Source: Gammaproteobacteria bacterium
GTDB taxonomy: Bacteria > Pseudomonadota > Gammaproteobacteria > Ga0077536
DNA length: 64,000 nt
Reading direction: 5' to 3'
Assembly: GCA_963662545.2 (NCBI GenBank)
Contig: CAXXLL010000003.1
Coordinates: 1,728,001-1,792,000 of the forward strand
In this document: positions 42,786 through 52,807 of the stretch, piece after piece
How the letters are laid out: every line of letters begins with the position of its first letter
Numbering within the stretch: the stretch's first letter is position 1
Notes under the pieces: model-generated
What the model saw: only the letters and a program-made list of their open reading frames with translations
The model's database searches: none
What the model was told of the DNA's origin: nothing
Made by a program: the position numbers and the translations under genes

Positions 42786-42956
42786 GGCCTGCAGATCTCA
42801 CCAGCTTTCAACTCAAGCGGCTCGATGGCACGCCCTGACGGGCATTCGCTCGTTCGCGACAAGGCCAGCGGCCAGGGGGCAGGATGCCCGCAGTCTCGGC
42901 AGCCATGCCTGAGCCTTAAACCATTTTGCAACGAACGCTGCTGAGATATGCGGGCT
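42786..42956 (+). mobile_element. MITE family C, copy 2 (171 bp), at the cyoE start
   Basis: Ends GGCCTGCAGATCTCACC / CTGAGATATGCGGGCT; shares CGATGGCACGCCCTGAC, CGCGACAAG, CAGCCATG and ACGAACGC with copy 1. Confidence 0.78.
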
Positions 42957-43868
42957 AGTACAACGGCAGCTTCGGCATCGATTGGCCACTGGCGCGACTA
43001 CGCCGAGTTATGCAAGCCGCGGGTCGTTGGTCTCATCGTGTTTACGGCCATCGTCGGTATGCTGCTGTCGACGCCCGGCGCCGTGCCGCTAGCAGTTTTT
43101 ATCCCTGCGACGCTAGGCATTGGTCTGGCCGCAGCATCGGCTGCCGCCATCAATCACGTTGCCGAATATCGTATTGATGCGCTCATGGCGAGGACGCGCA
43201 ACCGTCCATTACCCCAGGGCGAGTTGAATCGCGCTCACGCACTCGCGTTTGCGCTCATCCTCGGCGGCTTTTCGATGTATCTGCTCATCGCGTTCGTGAA
43301 CGTACTGACCGCGGTACTGACTTTCGCGGCACTGATTGGATATGCGGTCATTTACACGATGTATCTCAAATATGCGACGCCGCAGAACATCGTCATTGGC
43401 GGCGCGGCCGGCGCCGCGCCGCCAGTGTTGGGCTGGACCGCGGTAACGGGTCAGGTCGACCCGCACGCGCTGCTCTTGTTTCTCATTATCTTCGCGTGGA
43501 CACCGCCGCATTTCTGGGCGCTGGCCATTTACCGTCGCGATGAATATGCGAATGCCAAGATTCCAATGCTGCCGATTACACACGGAGTCGATTACACGCG
43601 GCGGCAGATATTGCTGTATACCTTGATCCTAGTAATCGCGACGCTTTTACCGTTCGTTACCTACATGAGCGGGGTAGTCTATCTTTGCGGCGCAATCTTG
43701 CTCGACGCGGGTTTTCTCTACTACGTAATTCGAATGCAAACAGACCACGACGACGCATTGGCCATACGTACGTTCAAATATTCGATCATCTATCTGATGA
43801 GCCTTTTTATCTTCTTTTTCCTGGACCACTATTGGGCAGTGGTTCTGAAACTCATCGGGATCGCTTGA
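42948..43868 (+). CDS. cyoE: Protoheme IX farnesyltransferase
   Basis: [35 protein letters not shown]. Confidence 0.95.
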   Translation: MRASTTAASASIGHWRDYAELCKPRVVGLIVFTAIVGMLLSTPGAVPLAVFIPATLGIGLAAASAAAINHVAEYRIDALMARTRNRPLPQGELNRAHALAFALILGGFSMYLLIAFVNVLTAVLTFAALIGYAVIYTMYLKYATPQNIVIGGAAGAAPPVLGWTAVTGQVDPHALLLFLIIFAWTPPHFWALAIYRRDEYANAKIPMLPITHGVDYTRRQILLYTLILVIATLLPFVTYMSGVVYLCGAILLDAGFLYYVIRMQTDHDDALAIRTFKYSIIYLMSLFIFFFLDHYWAVVLKLIGIA

Positions 43869-44584
43869 AAAAATCGGCGGCGACACGTCCGACGCCGGCA
43901 TTACCGAAGTGGTTGTGGCTGTGGTTCCCGCCGCTGCTGCTGCTCGTGATTCTTCCCATTCGGATCATCGATCCAGCCGCCTACAGTACGTGGATCGACG
44001 GTGAAATCGGCTTAATCGAGCTGACGACACCGGTTCTCGCTCTGATCGGCGCCGTGATCGGTTGCCGCCTGTTGTGGCGCCTGAAACGCGATGGCTTCAC
44101 CTCGATTAACGCTTGGATCGCGATCCTCGTTCTGGCCTGCATCTATTTCGCGGGCGAAGAACTCTCGTGGGGGCAGCATATTTTTCGATGGCAAACGCCT
44201 GACTTCATGGAAAACATCAACGATCAGAAAGAAACCAACCTGCACAACGTCAGCAGCTGGTTTGATCAAAAGCCGCGCTTGTTGCTGGAGCTGTGGGTGC
44301 TGATCGGGGGAATTTTTGTACCGCTCGGCGAATTGCGACGGGGTAGTCGGTTAACGCCTGCGGAATTTCGTTACTGGTTCTGGCCGACGTTGGACTGCCT
44401 GCCCGTCGCGGGGCTGGCCATCCTGGTTCGATTACCCGAGCGCTTGAAGGAATTATTCGACGTCGAATCGATGCCCTTGGAGATCCGTTACAGCGAACCG
44501 CAGGAATACTACTTCGCGATGTTCTTGATGCTTTACCTCGCCTCGCTGACCGCGCGCAAGCGTGGAGGGGCGTCAGGGCCTTGA
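43865..44584 (+). CDS. Hypothetical multi-pass membrane protein
   Basis: Several TMs; [18 protein letters not shown] segment; TTG start overlaps the cyoE stop. Confidence 0.7.
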   Translation: MKKSAATRPTPALPKWLWLWFPPLLLLVILPIRIIDPAAYSTWIDGEIGLIELTTPVLALIGAVIGCRLLWRLKRDGFTSINAWIAILVLACIYFAGEELSWGQHIFRWQTPDFMENINDQKETNLHNVSSWFDQKPRLLLELWVLIGGIFVPLGELRRGSRLTPAEFRYWFWPTLDCLPVAGLAILVRLPERLKELFDVESMPLEIRYSEPQEYYFAMFLMLYLASLTARKRGGASGP

Positions 44585-44619
44585 ATATCCGGGACGACTA
44601 GTCCGCCGCCGCGCCCGAC

Positions 44620-45501
44620 TCAACCGGTAACAGGCTCGGCGGCGATGGTTTCTTCGAGATCGGGGATTTGGTTTTTAAGCGTTTTGAAAGCGCTTTTTTC
44701 CAGTTGACGGATGCGTTCCGCTGAGACCTCGTATTTTTCTGCCAGTTTCTGCAAGGTCATTTTCGGATCGAGTAGCCAACGGCTGACGACGATGTCCCGG
44801 CTGCGAGCGTCGAGTTCACCGAGCGCCTCGCCCAGGCGCTCGGTCCGCACGGACTCCGCCTCCTCCTGCTCGTAGCACAAGGACGGTTCAAAACGCTGGT
44901 CTTGGAGATAAGCCGCCGGTACGAATGGATCTTCGTCATCGTCCGAACGGAGGTCGAAGGAGACATCGCGTGCGCTCAAGCGCTGCTCCATGGTCAACAC
45001 GTCGCGCGTTTCGACACCGAAATCCCTGGCGGCATCCTCGACTTCCTCGGCGCCCATCCAACCGAGGGTCTTTTTGGCGCTGCGAAGGTTAAAAAAGAGC
45101 TTGCGCTGCGCCTTGGTTGTAGCGACTTTGACAATGCGCCAGTTCTTGATGACGAATTCGTGAATCTCGGCCTTGATCCAATGGACGGCGAAGGAAACGA
45201 GGCGCACACCCACATCCGGGTCGAAACGCTTCACGGCTTTCATCAAGCCGATATTACCTTCCTGGATGAGGTCGCCATGGGCGAGTCCATAACCTTTGTA
45301 ACGACGGGCGACGCTGACCACGAAGCGCAGATGCGCGAGGACGAGTTCACGCGCAGCGTCCAGATCGCCGTGCTCGCGGTATCGGCGAGCGAGGTCCTGT
45401 TCCTCCTCGAGCGAGAGGAGCGGAATTCGCTGGACCGCGTCGACATAGGCTTCGAGCGAGCCTGTCGGTAATGGAAGCTGCAAATTCAGGGCCATAGACA
45501 T
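44620..45501 (-). CDS. rpoH: RNA polymerase sigma-32
   Basis: DLIQEGNIGLMKAVKRFDP; RpoH box QRKLFFNLR; downstream of ftsX. Confidence 0.96.
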   Translation of the reverse strand: MSMALNLQLPLPTGSLEAYVDAVQRIPLLSLEEEQDLARRYREHGDLDAARELVLAHLRFVVSVARRYKGYGLAHGDLIQEGNIGLMKAVKRFDPDVGVRLVSFAVHWIKAEIHEFVIKNWRIVKVATTKAQRKLFFNLRSAKKTLGWMGAEEVEDAARDFGVETRDVLTMEQRLSARDVSFDLRSDDDEDPFVPAAYLQDQRFEPSLCYEQEEAESVRTERLGEALGELDARSRDIVVSRWLLDPKMTLQKLAEKYEVSAERIRQLEKSAFKTLKNQIPDLEETIAAEPVTG

Positions 45502-45537
45502 GTTTTTACGCACCTCTCCAGGGTTGCGCCGACTATT

Positions 45538-45564
45538 TTAGCACTCTCCGCATTAGAGTGCTAA
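45538..45564. promoter_or_regulatory. CIRCE element (HrcA operator) upstream of rpoH
   Basis: Perfect TTAGCACTC-N9-GAGTGCTAA. Confidence 0.93.
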
Positions 45565-45583
45565 CCGCCGGTCGAGTTCCGCA

Positions 45584-46546
45584 CTAGTCGACCGGATCGA
45601 GTGGCCGGAGGCTTAAGATGATACCGATCCAGGCGCCCGACCAGCCGAGTCCGCAGGAGACAGCGATCAGCAGGACGGCCTGGACCGCCGAAAATCCTGC
45701 GATCGTGAAGTCGCTCAGGTAGGTTTCAGCGACCCGGGCGACGGGATTCTTGAGTGCCGCAAAGACCGTCTCAACCAGTAGAGCCGCTGCGGCGCCGGCC
45801 AGAAAGCCGTGCATCGCACCGCTATAGAGAAACGGTCTGCGGATGAACGCGTCCGTTGCGCCCACCAGCTTGAGCACCTCGATCTCATCTTGATGTTGGT
45901 GAACCAGCGCACGGAAGGTATTGCCCACGATCAGTAAAGCACCGCCGGCGAGCAGTAAGGCTACGATGAAAACGGCGCGCTCGGCCACCCGCCCGATGGC
46001 GCTCAGGCGGTCGATCCAGGCAAAGTCGACCAGCACGGTGTCGATGGAAGTGTTCGATTCCAGTGCTGCGATCAAACTTTGCGCCCGGTCGGCGTCCCAG
46101 GTGGCGGCACGCGGAACGAGGACAACTACGTGCGGCAGCGGATTGACTTCGTCGTCGGCGATGTCTGCCAGTCCTGAGCTTGCAGCAAATTCGGCAAACG
46201 CATCATCGCGGTGGATGAGCCGTACGCTAGCGACGCGTGAATCGCCGGCCAGTTGCTGCATCAGCCGCTCGGCCGCTCCCGCGTCAACCCCACGGTGAAG
46301 AAACGCGCTCAGGCTTGCCTCGTCGCCCCAGTCCTCAAACAGCGCGTGCTGATTCTGAATGAAGATGTACAGTAAGGCCGGTAAGGCAATGGCGACGGCC
46401 ATGACGGCAATCCCGATAGCGGTCGGTGCCCGGTTTGCGTCCACCTGTTTGAAGCTTTCACCGAGGGCGCGCCAGTGCTGTAAAAAAACCGACTCGGTGC
46501 GAAAACGCCGTGCCCCCTCAGCGGGAGTCGTCCTGCGGATATTCAT
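45584..46546 (-). CDS. ftsX: Cell division permease FtsX
   Basis: NPLP, EIEVLKLVGATDAFIRRPFLY. Confidence 0.93.
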   Translation of the reverse strand: MNIRRTTPAEGARRFRTESVFLQHWRALGESFKQVDANRAPTAIGIAVMAVAIALPALLYIFIQNQHALFEDWGDEASLSAFLHRGVDAGAAERLMQQLAGDSRVASVRLIHRDDAFAEFAASSGLADIADDEVNPLPHVVVLVPRAATWDADRAQSLIAALESNTSIDTVLVDFAWIDRLSAIGRVAERAVFIVALLLAGGALLIVGNTFRALVHQHQDEIEVLKLVGATDAFIRRPFLYSGAMHGFLAGAAAALLVETVFAALKNPVARVAETYLSDFTIAGFSAVQAVLLIAVSCGLGWSGAWIGIILSLRPLDPVD

Positions 46547-47214
46547 GGTGTCGGCAGGGTATCGCTGAGCAGGCTGCCTTCCTTCAGTTCGATAACGCGC
46601 CGGTGACCCTTACGCAATAGCTCGACGTCATGCGTGGCGATAATCATGGTTACGCCGACCTGGTTGAATTGGTCAAATAAAGCCAGGATTTCCTGCGAAA
46701 GCGCGGGGTCGAGGTTTCCCGTCGGTTCATCCGCCAGCAGGATTGTCGGACGATTAACCACCGCACGCGCGATTCCAACCCTTTGCTGCTCACCCGCTGA
46801 AAGCGTATCCGGCGTGGCGCGTTCCTTGTGCAGCAGGTTCACTTTGTCGAGCGCCGCGCGAACGCGTTTACGGATCTCGCGGTGCCTGATCGCCGCGACC
46901 GTCAATGGCAGAGCCACATTCTCGAAAACCGAACGTCTGGGCAACAGTTTGTGCTCCTGAAATATCATACCGATATGCCGCCGGTAGTAAGGGACTTCCT
47001 GCGCGGGAACGCGTTCGAGATTGCGTCCGTCAACAATGACATTTCCACGGCTGGTTCTTTCAATCAGCGCGATCAAGCGCAGCAACGTGCTCTTGCCCGC
47101 ACCCGAATGCCCGGTAAGAAAGGTGTATTCGCCGGCCTCGATAAGCAAGTCGACATTCCGTAAGCCTTGATTACCGCCAGGGTAAGTCTTGGTTACCGCG
47201 CTGAAATGAATCAC
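46543..47214 (-). CDS. ftsE: Cell division ATP-binding protein FtsE
   Basis: GHSGAGKS, LSAGEQQRV, ADEPTGNLD. Confidence 0.95.
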   Translation of the reverse strand: MIHFSAVTKTYPGGNQGLRNVDLLIEAGEYTFLTGHSGAGKSTLLRLIALIERTSRGNVIVDGRNLERVPAQEVPYYRRHIGMIFQEHKLLPRRSVFENVALPLTVAAIRHREIRKRVRAALDKVNLLHKERATPDTLSAGEQQRVGIARAVVNRPTILLADEPTGNLDPALSQEILALFDQFNQVGVTMIIATHDVELLRKGHRRVIELKEGSLLSDTLPTP

Positions 47215-48137
47215 TTTGCGCCGTCCGATAACGTTGTGCCGAAATCTCCCAGCAACGCCCGGGTAAAATCCTCGGCCACGAACGGCTGCAAATCGCGGTC
47301 CTGTTCACCTACGCCGATAAAGCGTATGGGCAGGCCAAACCGTTCGGCCAGGGCGAAGATCACACCACCTTTGGCCGTTCCATCAAGCTTGGTGAGACAC
47401 AATCCAGTGACGTCAACGGCGGCGCAGAATTCCTGCGCCTGGTTGATCGTGTTTTGACCCATCGTCGCATCGACTACGAGGAGTACTTCCTGCGGAGCCT
47501 TGGCGTTATGTTTGGCGATTACGCGTTTGACCTTGACGAGTTCGGCCATGAGATTGTCTTGGGTATGCAGGCGGCCCGCGGTGTCGGCGATGAGGACGTC
47601 AACACCGCGCCTACGTGCCGCCGCGCAGGCGTCGTAAATCACCGACGCCGAATCCGCGCCGGGCGATTGCGCGATGACGGGGACCTGCAGACGTTCGCCC
47701 CAGGTATTCAGTTGTTCCGTAGCGGCCGCGCGGAACGTATCGCCGGCGGCGAGCATCACCGAGCGTCCCTGCGCCTGCAGCATGCGGGTGATCTTGGCGA
47801 TCGTCGTCGTTTTACCGACGCCGTTGACGCCGACGACCAATATCACGAAAGGCGTGTCGTCCGATGAGTCACAGACCAGGGCCTGTTCGCAAGGTTTAAG
47901 GATGGCCGACATTTCGCGACGGATCACGCTCGCTGCCGTATCGTCGGTGCCGATATTGCGCACGCCCTGGATAATACGCGCGGTTGCCGCTACGCCGACA
48001 TCGGCCTGAAGGAGCACGTTCTCGAGTTCTTCCAGCGCCACGGCGTCGACCCTGGCCGACTCGGCAAACAGACGATGGATCCCGCGCGCGAGTCCTTCGC
48101 GCGTGCGGGCAATGCCGGCCTTTAGTCGACGGAACAT
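47211..48137 (-). CDS. ftsY: SRP receptor FtsY (short form)
   Basis: GVNGVGKTT, DTFRAAA, DTAGR, TKLDGTAKGG. Confidence 0.96.
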   Translation of the reverse strand: MFRRLKAGIARTREGLARGIHRLFAESARVDAVALEELENVLLQADVGVAATARIIQGVRNIGTDDTAASVIRREMSAILKPCEQALVCDSSDDTPFVILVVGVNGVGKTTTIAKITRMLQAQGRSVMLAAGDTFRAAATEQLNTWGERLQVPVIAQSPGADSASVIYDACAAARRRGVDVLIADTAGRLHTQDNLMAELVKVKRVIAKHNAKAPQEVLLVVDATMGQNTINQAQEFCAAVDVTGLCLTKLDGTAKGGVIFALAERFGLPIRFIGVGEQDRDLQPFVAEDFTRALLGDFGTTLSDGAK

Positions 48138-48283
48138 AATGCTTTCGGGGGTATTCGCTTACCGGCTCGGCGCTAGTTCAGTGCCTGGCGAAACGGTGTT
48201 GGTCGGGGATTGGGCGTCCGCTGCCATTTAGCTGCGGATTATCGCGTCGATACCGTCCGTGCCCTGTCCTCATCGCTCGTTAG

Positions 48284-48445
48284 GGAACCTCTGAATAAGT
48301 CATGGTGGGTCTGAATGGTTCATGCAATGGTACAGATCAAGGCACGAATCGCCGGCCATAGCGGGGACTATGGGCAAGGTTCGTAACGTAAGGCTCCGCC
48401 ATTTCATGGGCGAGGCAGATGTGCCATGACTTATTCAGAGGTTCC
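48284..48445. mobile_element. MITE family D (162 bp, IS5-like ends)
   Basis: Perfect 22-bp IR GGAACCTCTGAATAAGTCATGG; TTAG duplication (48280-48283, 48446-48449). Confidence 0.85.
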
Positions 48446-48607
48446 TTAGGTTTATCACAAGCCCGAAAATGTTTCCGACGAGGGGCGGGTCGCCTCTTCG
48501 CCGGATGCGATATCCTAGCATTCGGCACAACCCAGGTCTCAGGGGAACATTTCGGCGAGCCCGGAGTCCATTTTCGGCAACGACCGGCGGTCAGGAGCGA
48601 CAAATTA

Positions 48608-49954
48608 ATGAAAAGTCTTAGCATCGCGACACTCATCACGGGGCTCGCGATCACGGCATTCGCTGTGGCCGAGAATCGCACGCAGGAGTACAAACTCGAC
48701 AACGGCCTCGAGCTGATCGTGCAGGAAGATCATCGAGCCCCCGTCGCGGTCGTACAAGTCTGGTATCGCGTCGGCTCGAGCTATGAATATGACGGCATTA
48801 CCGGCGTCTCTCACGCACTCGAACACATGATGTTCAAGCGTACGGAGGACCTGGAAACGGGAGAGTTCTCGACCATTGTTGCCGCTAAAGGGGGCCGCGA
48901 AAACGCGTTTACCAGCGCCGACTACACCGCCTATTTTCAACAGTGGTCCGCAGAAAACGTCGAATTGAGTTTCGAGATCGAGGCCGAGCGCATGCACAAG
49001 CTCGTCATCGAGGACGAGGAGTTCGCCAAGGAAATCAACGTCGTTTTAGAAGAGCGGCGCCTGCGGACCGACGATAACCCGCAAGCCTTGGCCGCCGAGG
49101 CCTCGCGCGCAGTGGCCTTTCAAACCAGCCCCTACCGATACCCGGTCATCGGCTGGGAAGCCGATATCAAAAACATGAGCGCCGACGATCTTCGCCGCTG
49201 GTACGATCGCTGGTACGGGCCGAACAACGCTATCGTGGTGGTGGTCGGCGACGTCGATCCTAATGAAGTTCACGCGCTTGCGAAAAAGCATTTCGGGCCG
49301 CTGGCGGCACGCGATATCCCGCCGCCCAAGTCGCGCCCGGAAGTACCCCAGCATGGTACCAAGCGGGTGACCTTTAGGAGCGCGAAAGCCAAGGTTCCCT
49401 ATCTCATCATGGGTTTCAAGGCCCCCGTTTTGGCCCAGGCCATATCGAGCGTTGAGGTCGAGGAGTGGGAAATTTATGCGCTCGACGTCCTCGCCGAGAC
49501 GCTAGATGGTGATGCCAGCGCGAGATTTCAGCGCAACCTCGTCCGCGGTCGTGAAATCGCCTCTGAGATCAGCGCCAGCTTCTCGTCGTCGTCCCGCTTG
49601 ACATCCCTTTTCTCCTGCAACGCCGTGCCGCGGGAGGGTACGAGCCTGGCCGAACTCGAGCAGGCGATACTCGATGAGATCGACGCGCTCAAAAAAGATC
49701 CGCCGAGCGTCGAAGAACTCGAGCGCATCAAGACGCAGGTCGTCGCCGACACGGTATTCGAGCGTGACTCGATGCAGCATCAGGCCATGATTATCGGAAG
49801 CTTGAGAGCGGTCGGACTCGATTGGCGGCTCAAAGACACCTATGTCGACTCCATCAAGGCGGTTACGCGCGCGCAGGTACTCGAGGTCGCCGCGAAGTAT
49901 CTGAAGCGCGAGGTCCTGACCGTCGCCTACTTATTACCGGAGGAGGCATCATGA
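48608..49954 (+). CDS. M16 zinc peptidase, catalytic subunit
   Basis: HALEH (HxxEH), NAFTS, signal peptide. Confidence 0.92.
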   Translation: MKSLSIATLITGLAITAFAVAENRTQEYKLDNGLELIVQEDHRAPVAVVQVWYRVGSSYEYDGITGVSHALEHMMFKRTEDLETGEFSTIVAAKGGRENAFTSADYTAYFQQWSAENVELSFEIEAERMHKLVIEDEEFAKEINVVLEERRLRTDDNPQALAAEASRAVAFQTSPYRYPVIGWEADIKNMSADDLRRWYDRWYGPNNAIVVVVGDVDPNEVHALAKKHFGPLAARDIPPPKSRPEVPQHGTKRVTFRSAKAKVPYLIMGFKAPVLAQAISSVEVEEWEIYALDVLAETLDGDASARFQRNLVRGREIASEISASFSSSSRLTSLFSCNAVPREGTSLAELEQAILDEIDALKKDPPSVEELERIKTQVVADTVFERDSMQHQAMIIGSLRAVGLDWRLKDTYVDSIKAVTRAQVLEVAAKYLKREVLTVAYLLPEEAS

Positions 49955-51273
49955 GTCTTAGGCTTCGTATCCTTGCAATACTCTTTTGCCTCGCGGCGGT
50001 GAAAGCCGTTGCCGACACGCCGTCGATCGAGCATTGGACGACGGCGAACGGCGCCCGCGTGTACTTCGTCGCGGCCCCCGAGATAGCGATGATCGACGTA
50101 CACGTCGTTTTCGCCGCGGGCAGCGCCCGCGATGGAGATCGCAAAGGTCTGGCGAATTTGACCAACGGCTTATTGAAGGAAGGTGCGGGCCCACTCGATG
50201 CAGACGCCTTTAACCGCCGCCTCGGCGCGACGGGCGCCCGCATGCACACGAGGACCGCGCGGGACATGGCCTACTTGAGGTTGAGAACACTGGCCGATGA
50301 CCAATACGCTGAACCTGCGCTCGACTTGTTTACGGACGCGGTTGCGCGTCCGAGGTTCGACGAAGGCGCTATCGAACGGCTGAGTGCTCGTGTGATCGTT
50401 GCACTAAAACGTAAGAAACAGTCGCCGGGCAGGATCGCGCAGGACGCTTTTTTCAGGGCGCTTTATGCCGACCATCCGTACGCGTCGCCGACCGACGGTA
50501 CGGAGGAATCCGTCGCGGGCTTTAAACGTGTCGATATCCTGGATTTCCACAAGCGGTACTACGTTGCGCACAATGCGGTGATCGCAATCGTCGGCGCACT
50601 CGATAAAGCGCGTGCAAAGCAAATCGCCGAGGCTATCACCGCACCGCTCGTCGCCGGAGAAAAAGCCGGGGTTTTGCCGGAGATCACCGCGCCCGGTGCG
50701 ACAGAGAAGCATATCGAATTCCCGTCCATCCAAAGCCACGTGCGCGTTGGTCTGCCAGGCATGCGACGTGGCGATCCGGACTACTTTCCGCTGCTGGTCG
50801 GTAATCATGCGCTCGGCGGCAATTCGCTCGTTTCTATACTGTTCCGCGAAATTCGGGCCAAGCGCGGCCTTTCGTATAGCGCGTATAGTTACTTCATGCC
50901 GATGGCGCAGCCGGGCCCCTTCATCGCCGCTCTGCAGACCGACCGAACGCAGCAAGCGGAAGCGCTCAAGATACTGTACGAGACCATTGAAAAGTTCGTC
51001 ACGGACGGTCCTCCGACCGCCGACCTCGCCGCAGCCAAGAACAATCTTATCGGAGGTTTTCCGCTACGTATCGACAGTAATTCCAAGATCGTCGAATACA
51101 TCGCGATGATCGGGTTCTACGACCTGCCCCTCGACTACCTGGACACATTCACCGCCCGGGTCGCGGCGGTGACTGCAGAAACGGTCAAGGACGCTTTCAG
51201 CCGGCGCCTTGATATAGAAAACCTCGTGACCGTGATCGTCGGAAGAACGGGCGCGCAAGCTGACGATTCGTAA
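49951..51273 (+). CDS. M16 peptidase, non-catalytic partner
   Basis: AGSARD, REIRAKRGLSY; no HxxEH. Confidence 0.9.
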   Translation: MSLRLRILAILFCLAAVKAVADTPSIEHWTTANGARVYFVAAPEIAMIDVHVVFAAGSARDGDRKGLANLTNGLLKEGAGPLDADAFNRRLGATGARMHTRTARDMAYLRLRTLADDQYAEPALDLFTDAVARPRFDEGAIERLSARVIVALKRKKQSPGRIAQDAFFRALYADHPYASPTDGTEESVAGFKRVDILDFHKRYYVAHNAVIAIVGALDKARAKQIAEAITAPLVAGEKAGVLPEITAPGATEKHIEFPSIQSHVRVGLPGMRRGDPDYFPLLVGNHALGGNSLVSILFREIRAKRGLSYSAYSYFMPMAQPGPFIAALQTDRTQQAEALKILYETIEKFVTDGPPTADLAAAKNNLIGGFPLRIDSNSKIVEYIAMIGFYDLPLDYLDTFTARVAAVTAETVKDAFSRRLDIENLVTVIVGRTGAQADDS

Positions 51274-51278
51274 CGACC

Positions 51279-51836
51279 ATGGCGAGCGGCGCAAGCGGGG
51301 CGGTCCGTATCATCGGCGGCCGCTGGCGTCACACCCGCATCCCCGTCGCTGCCCAGAAGGAATTGCGCCCGACCGCTGATCGCATTCGCGAAACCCTGTT
51401 CAACTGGCTCGCGATGCATTTGCCGGGAGCGCGCTGCCTCGACCTTTTTGCCGGCACTGGAGCACTCGGCTTTGAAGCATTGTCGCGCGGCGCCGCCTCT
51501 TGTCACTTCGTCGAACACGATGCGATATTGGTCGCGAAAATGAACGTCCTCAAGCAGCGTTTGGACACTTCGTCGGCAGAAATCCTCCATGCGGATGCGT
51601 TTCGTTGGTTAAAGCGGACGCCACAAGCTTTCGATATCGTGTTTCTCGATCCGCCTTTTGAATCACCCCTGCTCGACCGTGCGCTAAAATGCATCGAACA
51701 GGGATGGACGACGGCGGCGAGTATCGTCTACCTCGAAGCGCCAAGCGGTAAACTGCCCGAGACGGATTCATGGCAAACCATCAAACAGAATGCAACGCGT
51801 TATGTGAGCTACGCAATCGTCCAGCGGTCGCGATAA
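51279..51836 (+). CDS. rsmD: 16S rRNA m2G966 methyltransferase
   Basis: RPTADRIRETLFNWL, LDLFAGTG, FLDPPF. Confidence 0.95.
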   Translation: MASGASGAVRIIGGRWRHTRIPVAAQKELRPTADRIRETLFNWLAMHLPGARCLDLFAGTGALGFEALSRGAASCHFVEHDAILVAKMNVLKQRLDTSSAEILHADAFRWLKRTPQAFDIVFLDPPFESPLLDRALKCIEQGWTTAASIVYLEAPSGKLPETDSWQTIKQNATRYVSYAIVQRSR

Positions 51837-51875
51837 ACTATGACGCTCTCCGGTTCCAAAAACATTCAACGATAA

Positions 51876-52373
51876 ATGGGGAATAATTTGATTACGACGG
51901 CGATCTACCCCGGGACTTTTGATCCGATCACGCACGGGCATACCGACATCGTCTCCAGGGCCGCAGTGGTGTTTGATCGATTGATCGTTGCCATTGCCGC
52001 GAGCACGGGCAAGAAAACCGTTTTCTCCGCCGACGAAAGGGTCGCGCTCGCGGCCGAGATCTTGAGCACTTATGACAATGTAGAAGTCAGGTGTTTCGAC
52101 GGCTTGATGGTCAACTTTGCGCGCGAAATCGAGGCCACGGTCATACTCAGAGGATTACGGGCGGTGTCCGATTTCGAATACGAATTCCAGCTCGCCGGGA
52201 TGAACCGCAAACTGATGCCCGAAGCCGACACGGTGTTCATGCCGACCTCGGAGAAGTTCACGTATATATCATCCTCGCTGGTTCGCGAGATTTCGTCTCT
52301 AGGTGGAGACATCAGCGATTTCGTGCACCCCCGCATTCGCGACGCCCTGGCCGAACGGTTGGAGACGCGCTAG
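51876..52373 (+). CDS. coaD: Phosphopantetheine adenylyltransferase
   Basis: YPGTFDPITHGH, RGLRAVSDFEYE. Confidence 0.96.
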   Translation: MGNNLITTAIYPGTFDPITHGHTDIVSRAAVVFDRLIVAIAASTGKKTVFSADERVALAAEILSTYDNVEVRCFDGLMVNFAREIEATVILRGLRAVSDFEYEFQLAGMNRKLMPEADTVFMPTSEKFTYISSSLVREISSLGGDISDFVHPRIRDALAERLETR

Positions 52374-52423
52374 ATACGTGGTCTGCATGATAGGAAACAC
52401 TACCGGGCGCGTCGATACACATT

Positions 52424-52486
52424 ATTCGCCCGCAAGCGGGCTCCTTATACGGTATTGTCCGTGTAGGAGCCCGCTTGCGGGCGAAT
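52424..52486. repeat. GTAG-type REP doublet
   Basis: 22-bp IR ATTCGCCCGCAAGCGGGCTCCT / AGGAGCCCGCTTGCGGGCGAAT; GTAG tag on the right arm. Confidence 0.75.
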
Positions 52487-52489
52487 TGA

Positions 52490-52792
<303 letters not shown>

Positions 52793-52807
52793 CGGAAAGA
52801 ACTTCCC

